NCBI GenBank assembly: GCA_002633005.1
Contig: NMRA01000342.1
Span: forward strand, 181,063 to 245,062
Length of the DNA stretch: 64,000 nucleotides
Reading direction: 5' to 3'
Origin: Phoronis australis
Lineage: Eukaryota; Animalia; Phoronida
Below the pieces are notes generated by a model. It had not been told where the DNA came from, did no database searches, and saw only the letters and a program-made list of their open reading frames with translations. This document shows positions 26,701-37,900 of the stretch, one piece after another. Made by a program: the position numbers and the translations under genes. How positions within the stretch are numbered: position 1 is the stretch's first letter; the number at the start of each line of letters is the position of its first letter.

Positions 26701-27381
26701 GCTGCATCCAGCGGCACCTGGAGGGTCAGTTGACAGTGAAGGCTCTTCTGCTGGGCGTCGCTATTCTCGTCAGGTTAGTGGTCCATTTTAAAGCACCTTG
26801 TGGACTGTGAACATAGGAGACTGGACAAGTGGTCTTTTTCTCTGGAAAGTGGGCTAATGTAATATAACATATTGTCATAGTTGCGCATGCCAACTTCACG
26901 TGTTTTTGTCATATCTGATGTGCGTTTCAATGTGAACTAGTTGTAAATAGTAGCCTGAAGATGAGATATATGTCTCGAAATATCGCTTTATAAATTATGT
27001 TACCTACTGATGTTGTTAGGATTTTTATTGCACTGTTGTGATGTAAAGACAAGATCTCTATTTAGAGAGTTTGAAAGAACTGAAATTAAACTCATAAAAA
27101 CAGATCAAAGTCGTGTCTTCAATGAAATATGTATATGAGAAAGATTACTGCCAAATTGTAGTGGTGGATATATGCAAACGTATGTATTCCAGGAGTCGGT
27201 GCCCACATTGAAGAAGCGCGGCTTCTCGACGCGTCTTAGAAAGACGCAACCTAAAAAGCCACGTCCCATGCCAAGACGACGACCACCTCCAACAGATGTC
27301 ATTGCTGAGGAGGCAGAGGATGATCAGATGTATGAGAACGTGGTGGCAGGGACGACGACAGGGGTGACAGTGATCAGGTAA
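10761..27381 (+). CDS. DUOXA1: Dual oxidase maturation factor (DUOXA/NIP family), whole spliced gene span
   Basis: Exons 10761-10970, 12635-12692, 14942-15076, 16228-16338, 16952-17105, 17838-18049, 19300-19425, 26649-26773, 27193-27381. All junctions are GT-AG and phases are consistent; total 1320 nt = 439 aa + stop. DuoxA motifs: ILPGIRG, NITL, NETINYNERF, KGLPYPILWVAEYF, GRYYRHAGFY. The paralog number (1 vs 2) is not meaningful outside vertebrates. Confidence 0.92.
11405..11847. mobile_element. MITE with TIRs
   Basis: GTCACTTTCCCATTAG ... CTAGTGGGAAAGTGAC, internal CGAAGCTTCG motifs, ttt flanks. Confidence 0.68.
12257..12338 (+). repeat. 42-bp tandem duplication
   Basis: cacggcattccagcatctatttcacttatctaaaaa(a)gctg x2. 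Confidence 0.85.
12635..12692 (+). CDS. DUOXA1: DUOXA coding exon 2
   Basis: tttcag|RLFCFIRFTVSLFIGLVIM|gtaagt, 58 nt. Confidence 0.9.
14942..15076 (+). CDS. DUOXA1: DUOXA coding exon 3
   Basis: ttcag|GIWGNGWEVGHIHTRTQYRAFTGYEIEADIQLKIGLHNMNITLT|gt, 135 nt. Confidence 0.9.
15703..15830 (+). repeat. 32-bp minisatellite x4
   Basis: caaacacatgcccctgtgcactaaggcactta. Confidence 0.9.
16228..16338 (+). CDS. DUOXA1: DUOXA coding exon 4
   Basis: ttccag|GTPIVQPVGDINETINYNERFWWSFPWGQGRIGFGRF|gtaagt. Confidence 0.92.
16386..16451 (+). repeat. 19-bp minisatellite x3.5
   Basis: agtgactggatactgaaac. Confidence 0.9.
16952..17105 (+). CDS. DUOXA1: DUOXA coding exon 5
   Basis: ttcag|SEVNQEFRAAQYKGLPYPILWVAEYFIFDGEGIRWGRYYRHAGFYTHIVL|gttagt. 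Confidence 0.92.
17681..17713 (+). repeat. (AAT)n microsatellite
   Basis: About 11 AAT units within a degenerate AAT-rich tract. Confidence 0.9.
17838..18049 (+). CDS. DUOXA1: DUOXA coding exon 6
   Basis: acag|LAFPLWLLSNIMFF...LSWGPNFWLNLFS|gtaagt; hydrophobic TM segments. Confidence 0.9.
19164..19265. mobile_element. About 100-bp palindromic MITE; family copies near 8039-8133 and 10115-10210
   Basis: gtctgatataacgtgcccg..ttttgagaacca ... tggttctcaaaattcgggcacattgtatcagac. Confidence 0.7.
19300..19425 (+). CDS. DUOXA1: DUOXA coding exon 7
   Basis: ttacag|GVLCLIIACFVQVFELVGFDSELASFFGTNELKDVDEYYLDE|gtaatg. Confidence 0.85.
19797..20370. mobile_element. Foldback/MITE with long (about 100 bp) imperfect TIRs
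   Basis: GGTGTTCTATCGAAATTGGAATCC...AACCCCGGGGAT mirrored by ATCCCCGGGGTT...GGATTCCAATTTCGATGGAGCACC. Confidence 0.75.
21010..21330 (+). repeat. Dispersed repeat; related copy near 51030-51310
   Basis: Shared aaacccct..caggat, gttcct..aagctga, tgtgcc(a/c)cctagtggcaattttagtttttt. Confidence 0.6.
22205..22579 (+). repeat. About 186-bp tandem duplication, probably within a transposon remnant
   Basis: Two near-identical units; explains the repeated peptide in ORF 22161-22706. Confidence 0.85.
26649..26773 (+). CDS. DUOXA1: DUOXA cytoplasmic-tail exon
   Basis: ttgtag|GPVLNPNSASEQSIEAGLLHPAAPGGSVDSEGSSAGRRYSRQ|gttagt; phase 1 in, phase 0 out, fits its neighbours. Confidence 0.7.
26952..26987 (+). 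ncRNA. Candidate minimal type I hammerhead ribozyme (Penelope-like element type)
   Basis: agc-CTGAAGA-t-gaga(tatatg)tctc-GAAA-ta-TC-gct: core boxes, stem II and a 3-bp stem I. Confidence 0.45.
27193..27381 (+). CDS. DUOXA1: DUOXA terminal coding exon
   Basis: ttccag|ESVPTLKKRGF...DDQMYENVVAGTTTGVTVIR*; GC-richer coding-like island in the correct phase. Confidence 0.72.
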   Translation, partial: ESVPTLKKRGFSTRLRKTQPKKPRPMPRRRPPPTDVIAEEAEDDQMYENVVAGTTTGVTVIR

Positions 27382-30277
27382 CCGAGAGATGATTGGTCAG
27401 AAAATGTAATGAAGGCGGAGCAGAAACACCGACCAGTTTAAAGTGGAACTTGCTGGCTATATTCCTTATCTCTGTGATTGCTTGGCCAAATTAGTTAGAA
27501 ACACAACATATAGCAATGATGTGATTATTAAGTAGGTTGAAAATTGCTAACTGTTTTTAAGAACAAATTTCGTGGCGAAAGTGATCTGCTGCATGTAGTT
27601 ATCGTAACGTGGTGCTGGGGTATAATACATTACATGAGCTATGTCAGTAGTGCTAAGGTCTCCTATTTTCAGATTTTTTTGTTTTCATATTTCCAAGTTG
27701 TAAGTGAATACACTTGCACTTTGTTTAGCATAGATTATGTTGAAACAGCATTGTCGTTTAGTTTGTGCTATACATATTGTAAGCATAATTAGGAGCATGC
27801 AAATGCATTATTTAACACAATGTACATATATTATAACGAAATGTACATGTATGTGAACTTAGGTGCATGCGACTGACGTATGCAAAAGGTTTGGGCAAAA
27901 ATTTGTCTTTTGAATTTCGCATGTTATTCTGATATAGGGCGTAGGCCTACATCCGTACATGTATACATTGTAGTGAATGAAAAAACTGGTTTAGATAGCC
28001 TTGCATCGTGCGACGAACCCCAAATCTCTCTAATGCATAGTAGGCCTAACGGAAATTGATTGATAAAAATCAAAATGGTCACCGCTTAGTTATTCAACTT
28101 GAGCCGAAATGTTGAACTTGATGAGAAAGTGGTTTGTAAACAGCAAGAATTTAAAGACATAGTTTCACACCAAAACAACTGCTTTTCAAAACAAATAATA
28201 GCACTGTGTGAATCTGTTGCACAGGGCAGTTCTTGTCCGCACAGCTTGGTTAATGAGAAAAGCCCAGCAATAATGACTTTTTCCGACTTCAGCCGAGACA
28301 ATTCTGAGAACAGGCATTTGTGGTTACATAACCGTGTGTGATGTCAGATCAGGAAGACAGCTGTGTATTACAATGGCTACAAGCAGTCAACCCTCCAAAA
28401 TTTTGCTTCCTTCATTTGATAATTCCTTTCAACTCCATTTGTTGGCATAATTACATTGTTTTTCACCCAAGGAGATGTGAAGACCAGTGTATCACAGATA
28501 ATCAAGCCTAATACAAAATATTGCAGCTTTCATTTTTTTCCATTTTCAGCAGTGAGTAAAAAGGGAGACATCTTTTAATTTAACCACATATATACTTGAA
28601 ATTTGAGTGGAGGTGGCAAACTCTATGACAGAATTACAAGAATACTTGAAATGGAAGTCTTCTGAACTTGGTTTTTTAAATTCTTGTGTTAATCTATTGG
28701 AATAATAATAAACCCAAGGCATCAAGAAATATTACCTGAAGGTGCCAGTGAAAATATTATTTCAGCCATTCACAGTAAAGTTTATATGTGAGTTAAAATT
28801 ATCTAATCTTTTACCAAAATAAGTAACTTAGAATGCACAGTACTTTAACATTTAAGCATTACAAACGTTATCCAACTATAAGATAAATTTACATGATATG
28901 AAAGTGAATATGCCTAACTATTACCAGGTGTTTCCTTACATTAGAATTCGACAAGCATGATTTGAAAAAATAAGAAGTTACATGGAAAAAGGATTGGAGG
29001 CTGGAAGCTTCACAATCCAACATGGCCTATTACTCTAATTAAGAGCCTTTACATTTTGGGCCTTGATAACTTGAATCAAGAAAGCAAAAAGTTACAACGC
29101 ATGTATTGAAAGAACAATTCATACGTAAAATTTAGATAAATAAAACAACAAGAATCAATCAACTGAAATTTTCAGATGTAATAACGTCCTTTGTCAACAG
29201 AAACAGAAATAAAGTAAAATCAAACACCATATATGACAATTGACATTTTCGCCTATTTATATTCTACATTTCGTGAAACAATAATATCCTTAGGAGGATC
29301 TGGATCGCCTTATTTATTTTCAGATTTATTTTCGACGTTAAAATTTAGAAAAATATGAATTATGTTGTGACACATCAAACCTTGAATTGACTTTCAAAGA
29401 AAAAACGATTTCAAAACTTTTCAACTGTTTTTAAGCTGAGTGTATGGCCAACTGAATGGGATATTCACACTGCAATAATTAGAATATTCCTTATATGTTT
29501 TGCACAAAAAAATACCATTATGCAAAGTTGCTTTTTTGTAGCAGCTTTCATCAAAATGTATCAAAGCTAAAATTTCACCAAGTACAAATGAGCCGATTGA
29601 ACATGCCCTTCAGTTCAGCACAAGTCGCCATGTTGTCGGTGCCGCGGGAAATGAGACTAAGTCCAACGGGAATTGTGAGCAATTTTATCACTCAATAAGT
29701 AACATCTGCTTGGCTGAAATCCAATGAAAACTATTGAGTCACTCAGAATAGTAGGTATAGATCTTTCCCACTAAATTTCATCGTAAAGTATTGGTGAAAA
29801 TAAATTACAGTTTTAAACTTGTATCTTATGCCGCTGTTGTCCAAGATGGCCAACCAGATCCAAACAAATGACCCAAATTTCGCAATCAAAATTGCAATAA
29901 ATGTGCATTGCTTAACCCGATTTTGATAATTTTTCAATTTTTATTGAGTAGGATGCATTATCTTTCCGATTATATTGAAGTATTTTTGCAAATCGAAAAA
30001 AAATCGGTTGGACAGCCCTACTCTTACTGTTCATTTAGTCCAGCTAGCGATCAACTTGGCTAAAATTCAATGTATTGCAACGACAGGTAACGAGCATCAA
30101 GCAATTCAACACATCCACCTACAAACAGTTACCGGTATGTTGCAAAAAGTGTAATTCAAAAGAAAAGCAATCTACTGGTTACTTCTAGCTCTAATCCTGT
30201 CCGACAGTGTCCGTCGATGCTATCAACCATTTTGAATGTTAGGTTGTTAATACTTACTCAAGGCTCACTAGCTTCTA

Positions 30278-30535
30278 GAAAGTGACGGCATGTACCGTTT
30301 CGAATACTCTCTAAAAGTTCACTCATCCCGGTTTACAACCATACTTGGATCACAGGCTGTCGTTCTAGAAGCAGTCCATAGAAATATTTCGCTACATACT
30401 ACCGAATACGGCGACGCTCCACTCGTGGACTTCGCAAAGTATTCTCACTTGCGACGCAGTCTTGGATCAATGGGGAACTTGTGCAAAGATACCCCAGCCC
30501 TTGGCGTATTGCCACAGCCTCTAACTTCAAATATT
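30278..30535 (-). pseudogene. Decayed THAP domain (gene or transposase relic)
   Basis: Minus strand reads (F)EVRGCGNTPRAGVSLHKFPIDPRLRRK*EYFAKST..SPYSVVCSE, then a frameshifted SMDCF and an AV.TF-like remnant. First Cys is Phe, the conserved Trp is TGA, and several stops follow. Confidence 0.7.
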
Positions 30536-33500
30536 TACTCCAGTTTAAATCTAAAAATCCGTCTACATTTGAAAAAGTACTCCTCTTGGCACACAGCAAT
30601 GGACACTGTGGACAGCAATGATCAGGTCATGTCCCTACTAACTGTAAACTGTTTATGGCAACACACAAGACCATGTGCATATGTGTCACATTTCAGAAAA
30701 TTAATGGGCAAAAGTTGCAAAATAAATGATTCTAACAAACACAAAGATTCCATTTGTGCCAGATAGTCCCAGCCAAGAGTACAAACCTATGGACAGACTC
30801 GGCACTGATTTGGTCAGGAATTCCTGATGTGTTCCTGATGTGACGTGATTCCGAAGATAGCCGAAGTTCAAAATTTTCTGTTCTCAAAATTTTGTGGGGA
30901 AGTGGGAGCGGGTTTTAAAGGAATGATAGAAGAATATGGGGCATGAAATAAAAATAAATGTGGTTTATAAGCAAACTTTATTAACAGTCAACACATGTGT
31001 ATACATATTAACTAAAACTAAATAGCTGTGAAAAAATCTCTTTAATGCAAAAACCACGGGAAGGTGTGGATATTGTAAAAGCTGTTGAATTTGTTTTGGT
31101 AACGAATGTTGCTTTAATTTTACAGATTTTCAAACAACAATGGTCTTGGATCAGAGACTGTCAACGTTGAGGTGCCCAACTAAGCCACCTGCTGCTAGTT
31201 TTGAATGTCATGGAAACGGTTGCTTGTTGTGGTTATGAAAGATGTTTACAAAGTTCTCATTAGATCAAGGAATTAACATCCAATTTGGCAATATAGAGGT
31301 GTCAAATGGTGAACAAGGCTTAAGTTGAAGTATAGACAGACCTGTTTGTGGCCCTTTAGGATGTTCAGAATTCATATCATGCTTAGCGTAGTCCATACGA
31401 GTTGTTTACTCTGTCTCTTAGCACACAACATGGCAGACAAGTGGATTTTGTCTTTTTTGTCTCTACAAAATGAATAGTTTAACATTCATTTTTGTTGAGA
31501 TTTTTAGATTTAATTAGAAAAATCTGTTTTTCTCTTCACATGATTCATTCTGTACGTTTTCATCAGTGTGCTGTCAAACAACCTTGAAGTTTCTATTATT
31601 TTGATTGTTCATAGTAAGGATGTCAAACTTTTGGAAAATGTATAAACAACTTTGCAATTAATTTTCCACATGATAACTGAATAATTTGGGCATTTCAGTA
31701 GTTGCTAAACCATTTGCTAATTTTAGAGACTGACTTAGTTTTGTATTGAAAAACTATGTTAATAAATATTGTTCAAATTATACTGTGCTTTAATGTTTTG
31801 TTCAGTTAATACTTGTGGACTGTAGTAAAAAATGGCGTTAGTCGGTCCCAACTTAACAGCAAGATTTCTTCTGAGTGAGGGGAAAATCGACTTATGTGCA
31901 GAGCCGAAGCCTCAACTAGAACGACCGTACCACGGAACTTTGTTCGAGTCCAGCGAAAATAGTTATCTGACTTACACGAGCTTTACTGCATATTGCTTTG
32001 CAATTGTCATGTTCATTGATTGATTATCATGTTTTTGTGGCTTTATGGCAAATAAGTTCCACCTGCATTTCACGCTGCTTCGCTGACTGAGAAATGAAAA
32101 TCAAATTTAATTAGTCCTTTCACTCTCTTGAAGTCAATTTCATATTCCTTGCCATGCTAGGATGATTTTGTTATTATTAGCAACAACATCAAAACCATCG
32201 GCGACTCAATAAAACACTTTTTAATAGACTTTGTTGAGGTTGACAAATCCTAAAATTGTGGATTAATTTTGTAAATGCGGAGGCTTGAATTGCAGATTAT
32301 TCAACAATTCAGTATCAGGTGAGCATTGTAATGTTTTTAAATCTCCACGCACATCGGTTAAGAATTCAACAAAAGTTAAATAGCTTTTGTATTGTTGTCT
32401 TGCTTATAATGATCTGCCTTAGAGACATATTGCACAAAGTTAGTGCTCCATGCTTTGTCTGCAACACACTTTTGGGTAATCGTTTCGTTGTCTGCTTTGT
32501 AATGGCCTGCAGAATACAGAAATACAATTTACACCCCAGTTTTTCTTATTGCTTGTTTAACATTAACTTTTAAGCCAGGATGTTAGACCTCAAAAAATAT
32601 GACTGAAAACAAACTTTGCATGCCATGAAATTATTGATTTGTAACCTAGAAGAGGTCATAAGTTAATAGACAAGTACTAGGAGCATAGACATGAACAAAA
32701 TTGTGAAGAATGAAATTGGTTTTGAAATCGTCAGCAAACTGTTCTGAAATTGGGTTGCTTCATATTTGTTGTTGGTGATGTCTGGCTCATTTGATATGGC
32801 AAGAAAAATTTGGAATTCGGTTTGTGGAAGAATGTCTGCCTACTTCATGTCCAGGCATCTGGCTAGAAGGGCTCAGTTCAAGGACAACCAACACTAGTCA
32901 CCTTAGGGCGTGGCATATTCAGAGTGCAGCGACGTGAAAATGAATGTATCTTGTGTTCTGAATTTTGCCATTCAATAAAATTATACCGTTTTTGGATTTC
33001 AGTTGTAAGTGCCCTTTTTATGTGTTTTCTAGGATTGTGTTAACTTTCTACCTGAAAAAGATTTCCCCTTTTAAATCATTTTGGCAATCTTCATGCGATC
33101 CTGTATGATACCGAGGTGAGGTCAGCTGCCTGATGACCTGCCTTCAAGTTTATCATCAAATCGCTGCTCTTTTACCTGTATGAAGGCTATATTTCAAAAA
33201 TGTCAGTTGTGACTGGGTCTGGTTCCATCATGGTCATCGTATGCAATTGTCAGAATTCTAGCATTTCGCACAAGAGGTGTGCCTTCAAGAATTTATTGAA
33301 AGAACTGGTCACGTGACTGCTGATAGATTGGCTTTGTAAATAACTGACTTGTCAGCGGATTCAAATACCCATTGGCCATCATATGCAGTCCATCTGTTAT
33401 GAGTGTAGTATAAGGCAAAGTTCTGGTTCTTCGAGTTTAGATTGCCTTCCGCTATTTCCCCTGCAGAAATTCATACATTCGAATCACATCTAATACAATG

Positions 33501-33568
33501 CTTTCATACATTGTGGCACTCACAACCTGTAAGAAAATGAAAAGGTCTACTCTGGCCATTAGGTTTGT

Positions 33569-33793
33569 CTGCAATTCATACACGTTGACTTTTGTTACTC
33601 TGCAATTCATACATGTTGACTTTTGTAACTCTGCAATTGATACACGTTGACTTTTGTTACTCTGCAATTCATACACATTGACTTTTGTTACTCTGCAATT
33701 CATACACGTTGACTTTTGTTACTCTGCAATTCATACACGTTGACTTTTGTTACTCTGCAATTCATACACGTTGACTTTTGTTACTCTGCAATT
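33569..33793. repeat. 31-bp minisatellite x7
   Basis: ctgcaattcatacacgttgacttttgttact. Confidence 0.93.
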
Positions 33794-34183
33794 GTTCGCA
33801 AAAAACCCATAGCAAAGAACATCACTAACCATGGGTGCCGGCAGTGGTACATGGGAAACGCACATCCTACCTCTTTCACTTTTGGACTCCCCAGTCACCA
33901 CCAATTGTTTCAAACTCTCTCGCATAGACAATTTTTCTCATAGAATTAAGTGGCACAAAAAGTCATTTTTTTGCAAATACATCTACAAATGTACAGCAGA
34001 CATGTCGGGAAATTGATGACAATAAGGAAATCCAAATCACCGGATCAACTTGACATCGGGTTTGCAGAATGAAACCTTAAAAGGAAGCGAATATACATGT
34101 AACAAGGCAAGCACGTTGCAATGCTATTTGGGCATCTTCAGTTGCTGATAAATCCCACAAACAACACTCAAGTATTGACAAAT

Positions 34184-34928
34184 CTAAGCAGCTGGCTTAT
34201 CAGAGTCTCTACTTGGCTTGACAAACAACAGCAAACGATTGCTGGAGTTAGCTTCCAGTGTTCTTATCCTGTTCTTTGCATCAGCCAACTGTTTCATCAG
34301 GTACTCATTTTTCAACAGCAAAGTTTGTTTGTCCTTTTTCAAACCAGTCATTTCCTCAGTCAGTTGCCGTACTTTCGTCTCCAGCGAATGTAAATTTTTG
34401 AAGTACAGGCCACTCACACTACTGTGAAAAGTCACACGGGGTGCTTTCTTTTGTATTTTGGCTTTGGGCGCAGCAGCGTAGTTATGAAACCTGGCTACTG
34501 AAAGAGATGGGGAACACTCCTTCATTTGATGGGATAAGTCCGCTGTGTTGGAGGTAACACCACAAGTGTCACTGATAGGAATACCACTGCAGTGGATAGC
34601 TAGGGCCTCTTGTAGCTTCCCAGGACAAACAACAGCTGTTATGTATGACATTATCTCTCGAGCCTTGCACTCGGGCATATGTAGGACATACTGGCAGAGA
34701 TTTTCGACAGAACAATCAGGTGAGAGTTCATTCAGAGAATACTTGTCAATCACAACTCGTGTCAGTTTGGGGTGAAGGTACTGCACCATGTGGGCCAAGA
34801 GTGGACACACGACGTCATCAGATGACTCTTGGGCTTGTTCACTCAGCTGTCCAACTTTCAGCGCCCACTCTGGGTACTCGTGCAAGTACAGCACAGGCTT
34901 GCGACTTTGCTCCAAAGGTCTTCCATAC
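34184..34928 (-). CDS. THAP gene coding exon 3
   Basis: cgcag|YGRPLEQSRKPVLY...FHNY...coiled coil...PAA*; contains the longest gap-free ORF in the track (34184-34915). Confidence 0.85.
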
Positions 34929-37900
34929 CTGCGAATAATATGAAAAGGTCGAATGAAAATTGATTTCAGTCAGTCACATGTCACAAAGTAATGTTCTTTT
35001 CTGTCTACCCTCTCATTTCACAGAATTCAAAACAACATTCAAGTTCACAAAGCAGAGACAGTTCCTTTTAAGATTTCTGCTTGGTGAGAATGAGATGAAA
35101 TTTCTCCAAGAATGTTGCTTTGCTGTAAAATTTGTCTGCTTTTTGTTTTTTTTTTGTTTCTTGTTCGCACGCTACAGATCGCAATTGTTATCGGATCAAT
35201 GCAAACAAATAACGTATGGCTTATGAATGGCTCAAAGCCTATTTTTTATTGAAATTGGATACATGATAGTGCGGTGGCAGCCATTTTTACATTTTTTTCA
35301 TTTCTGGAGCCAAAGCTGTTGTTTGTGGTCGAATTTTTCTTTTTTCTGTCAAAAGATCATTCCAAGGCTATCGCGTCTCATTTGCTTTTTTCTAATTCTA
35401 ACCGTTCCCGAGTTATTCAAGATTTTCTAAGGACTGTTCTCCAAATAACTGAGTTTTTGTGCTGTACCTTTCGTGTCCCTAAATGGATCTGTCTGAAATT
35501 TGCTATGTGGATAGATCATTTGAAGCGCTATCAGCATTGTTAAACCAGTTTCTTTCTACGATATTCAAAATTTACTACTCACATGACTGTTCTTTTGTTG
35601 ACTAGTTATTTATAGCTGCACTCTATTTGCCTATCATATTTGTGCTAGAGATCATATTTTTGGTACAACATAAAATTTATGTAAACTTTGTCAATATCCC
35701 AAGTACTTTATTGTTATTGAGCGAAATTGGACACATGATGGTGATGTGGCATCCATTTCTCAAATTACGTTTGTGCAACTCTAGCTCCGCCATTCTTTGA
35801 ACGAACCTTACCTCACCCTTAAATTTTTATTCAATTTCACCAAGTGCCGCTCTTCAGAGTGATTTTATTTGTTTTCCTGACATGGCAACAATTGCTTAAT
35901 GAATCACTTACACGTAAACAAACAATTATGAAAACAGTGAAGTGTTTAATTATAGCTGCACTTTGCTTCACTTACAGGTTAAATAGGAAATGAAGCAAAA
36001 ATGCTAATTAGCCTACAAACTATACTTTTCAAAAGTAACAAATAATGTCTATGCAATTGAGAACTAATTCTAGAATGCCTGAAAAAATGGCACTTTGTCA
36101 TATAGTACTTCTAGAGTGACTCAGAAAATTTTAATGGGAAGATCAAATTTCTAATTAAATTCAAAACGAGAAATTCAATGCTTTTACCCTATACATCGGA
36201 ACTAATGGGGGTTATGTCTAATGGCTCCTAGAGGTATACAACAAAATTTCATGCATTGCAGACAAAAATAATTTCCAAAATTTATCTTTCAGTTTTCAAA
36301 GACTTCTAACATCTTGTGAATGCACACAAACTCTTAAAGTTTGTTTGACAAGGCGACAGAACTTTTAACGCATTTATTTGGAGGAGATACATATTAATTA
36401 CATTGTGTAAAAACGTGATAACAGGGATAAACAAGTTGAACTTCCTAATGTGTACTATAATGTATATCACCAGAATTTGCAACACCTAAGTCTTTACATC
36501 AAAAAACATGTATTCAATCAAATACTGAAAATGTGAAGCGTATTAAGGCCCAAGTGCAATATCTACCATTTTATTTTAAAATTCACAATATATAAATTTT
36601 AAAGCCACTATAATCATGTTCTTCTGTTTCCAAATCAACACCATAACGTTTTTATCCTTTGTTTGAAATCAACTTGGTAACCATGGTAACTGTAAACAAC
36701 AAAACACTTGGAACTCTGCTGGTGGTTGTACTGCCTCACAACAGGTAACTTAAAAAGTGCCTGTTGGTTATTCTCAAGCTTAGAAATCATTGTTCAGGTG
36801 AATAAGGAACAAGAGGATACCGATCTGGTAACTGGAAGATGACAGAAGGCACGGGTCTATTGACTCCTTAAAAATGGTGCCCTAGTTCTACTCATCAAGT
36901 GTTTCACACAAGGCACAGGCATCTAATTCCAAATATAGGTGTATAACTTCACATGCAAACACATGGNTTGAGAACTAATTCTAGAATGCCTGAAAAAATG
37001 GCACTTTGTCATATAGTACTTCTAGAGTGACTCAGAAAATTTTAATGGGAAGATCAAATTTTTAATTAAATTCAAAACGAGAAATTCAATGCTTTTACCC
37101 TATACATCGGAACTAATGGGGGTTATGTCTAATGGCTCCTAGAGGTATATAACAAAATTTCATGCACTGCAGACAAAAATAATTGCCAAAATTTATCTTT
37201 CAGTTTTCAAAGACTTCTAACATCTTGTGAATGCACACAAACTCTTAAAGTTTGTTTGACAAGGCGACAGAACTTTTAACGCATTTATTTGGAGGAGATA
37301 CATATTAATTATATTGTGTAAAAACGTGTAAAATATTTCACTTGTTTCGCACATTGTGTCCCAAATTGGCAAGAATTTACCATAACTACTACAAAGTAAT
37401 TATTTAGGCTTATAGCCAAATAGCTCTATTAAAATTTGTACCTGACATTAAACTTGCAAAGACCACAACTTGAATGTAATAAGGCAAAGAAGTTGAACAG
37501 AATAAAAAAGTTGACACTTTTTGCGTGACAATTAAATCAAACAAACTGAATTAAATGTGGAATCCTGGTGACAACAAGGGTGATAACAGGGATGAACAAG
37601 TTGAACTTCCTAATGTGTACTATAATGTATATCACCAGAATTTGCAACACCTAAATCTTTACATCAAAAAACATGTATTCAATCAAATACTGAAAATGTG
37701 AAGCGTATTAAGGCCCAAGTGCAATATCTACCATTTTATTTTAAAATTCACAATATATAAATTTTAAAGCCACTATAAACATGTTCTTCTGTTTCCAAAT
37801 CAACACCATAACGTTTTTATCCTTTGTTTGAAATCAACTTGGTAACCATGGTAACTGTAAACAACAAAACACTTGGAACTCTGCTGGTGGTTGTACTGCC

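Noticed and set aside
30290-30766. 158-aa plus-strand ORF
   Set aside because: Antisense shadow of the decayed THAP sequence; no recognisable motif.
33569-33793. CRISPR-like regular repeats (also 15703-15830 and 43690-44000)
   Set aside because: Contiguous tandem units with no unique spacers, eukaryotic context, no cas genes.
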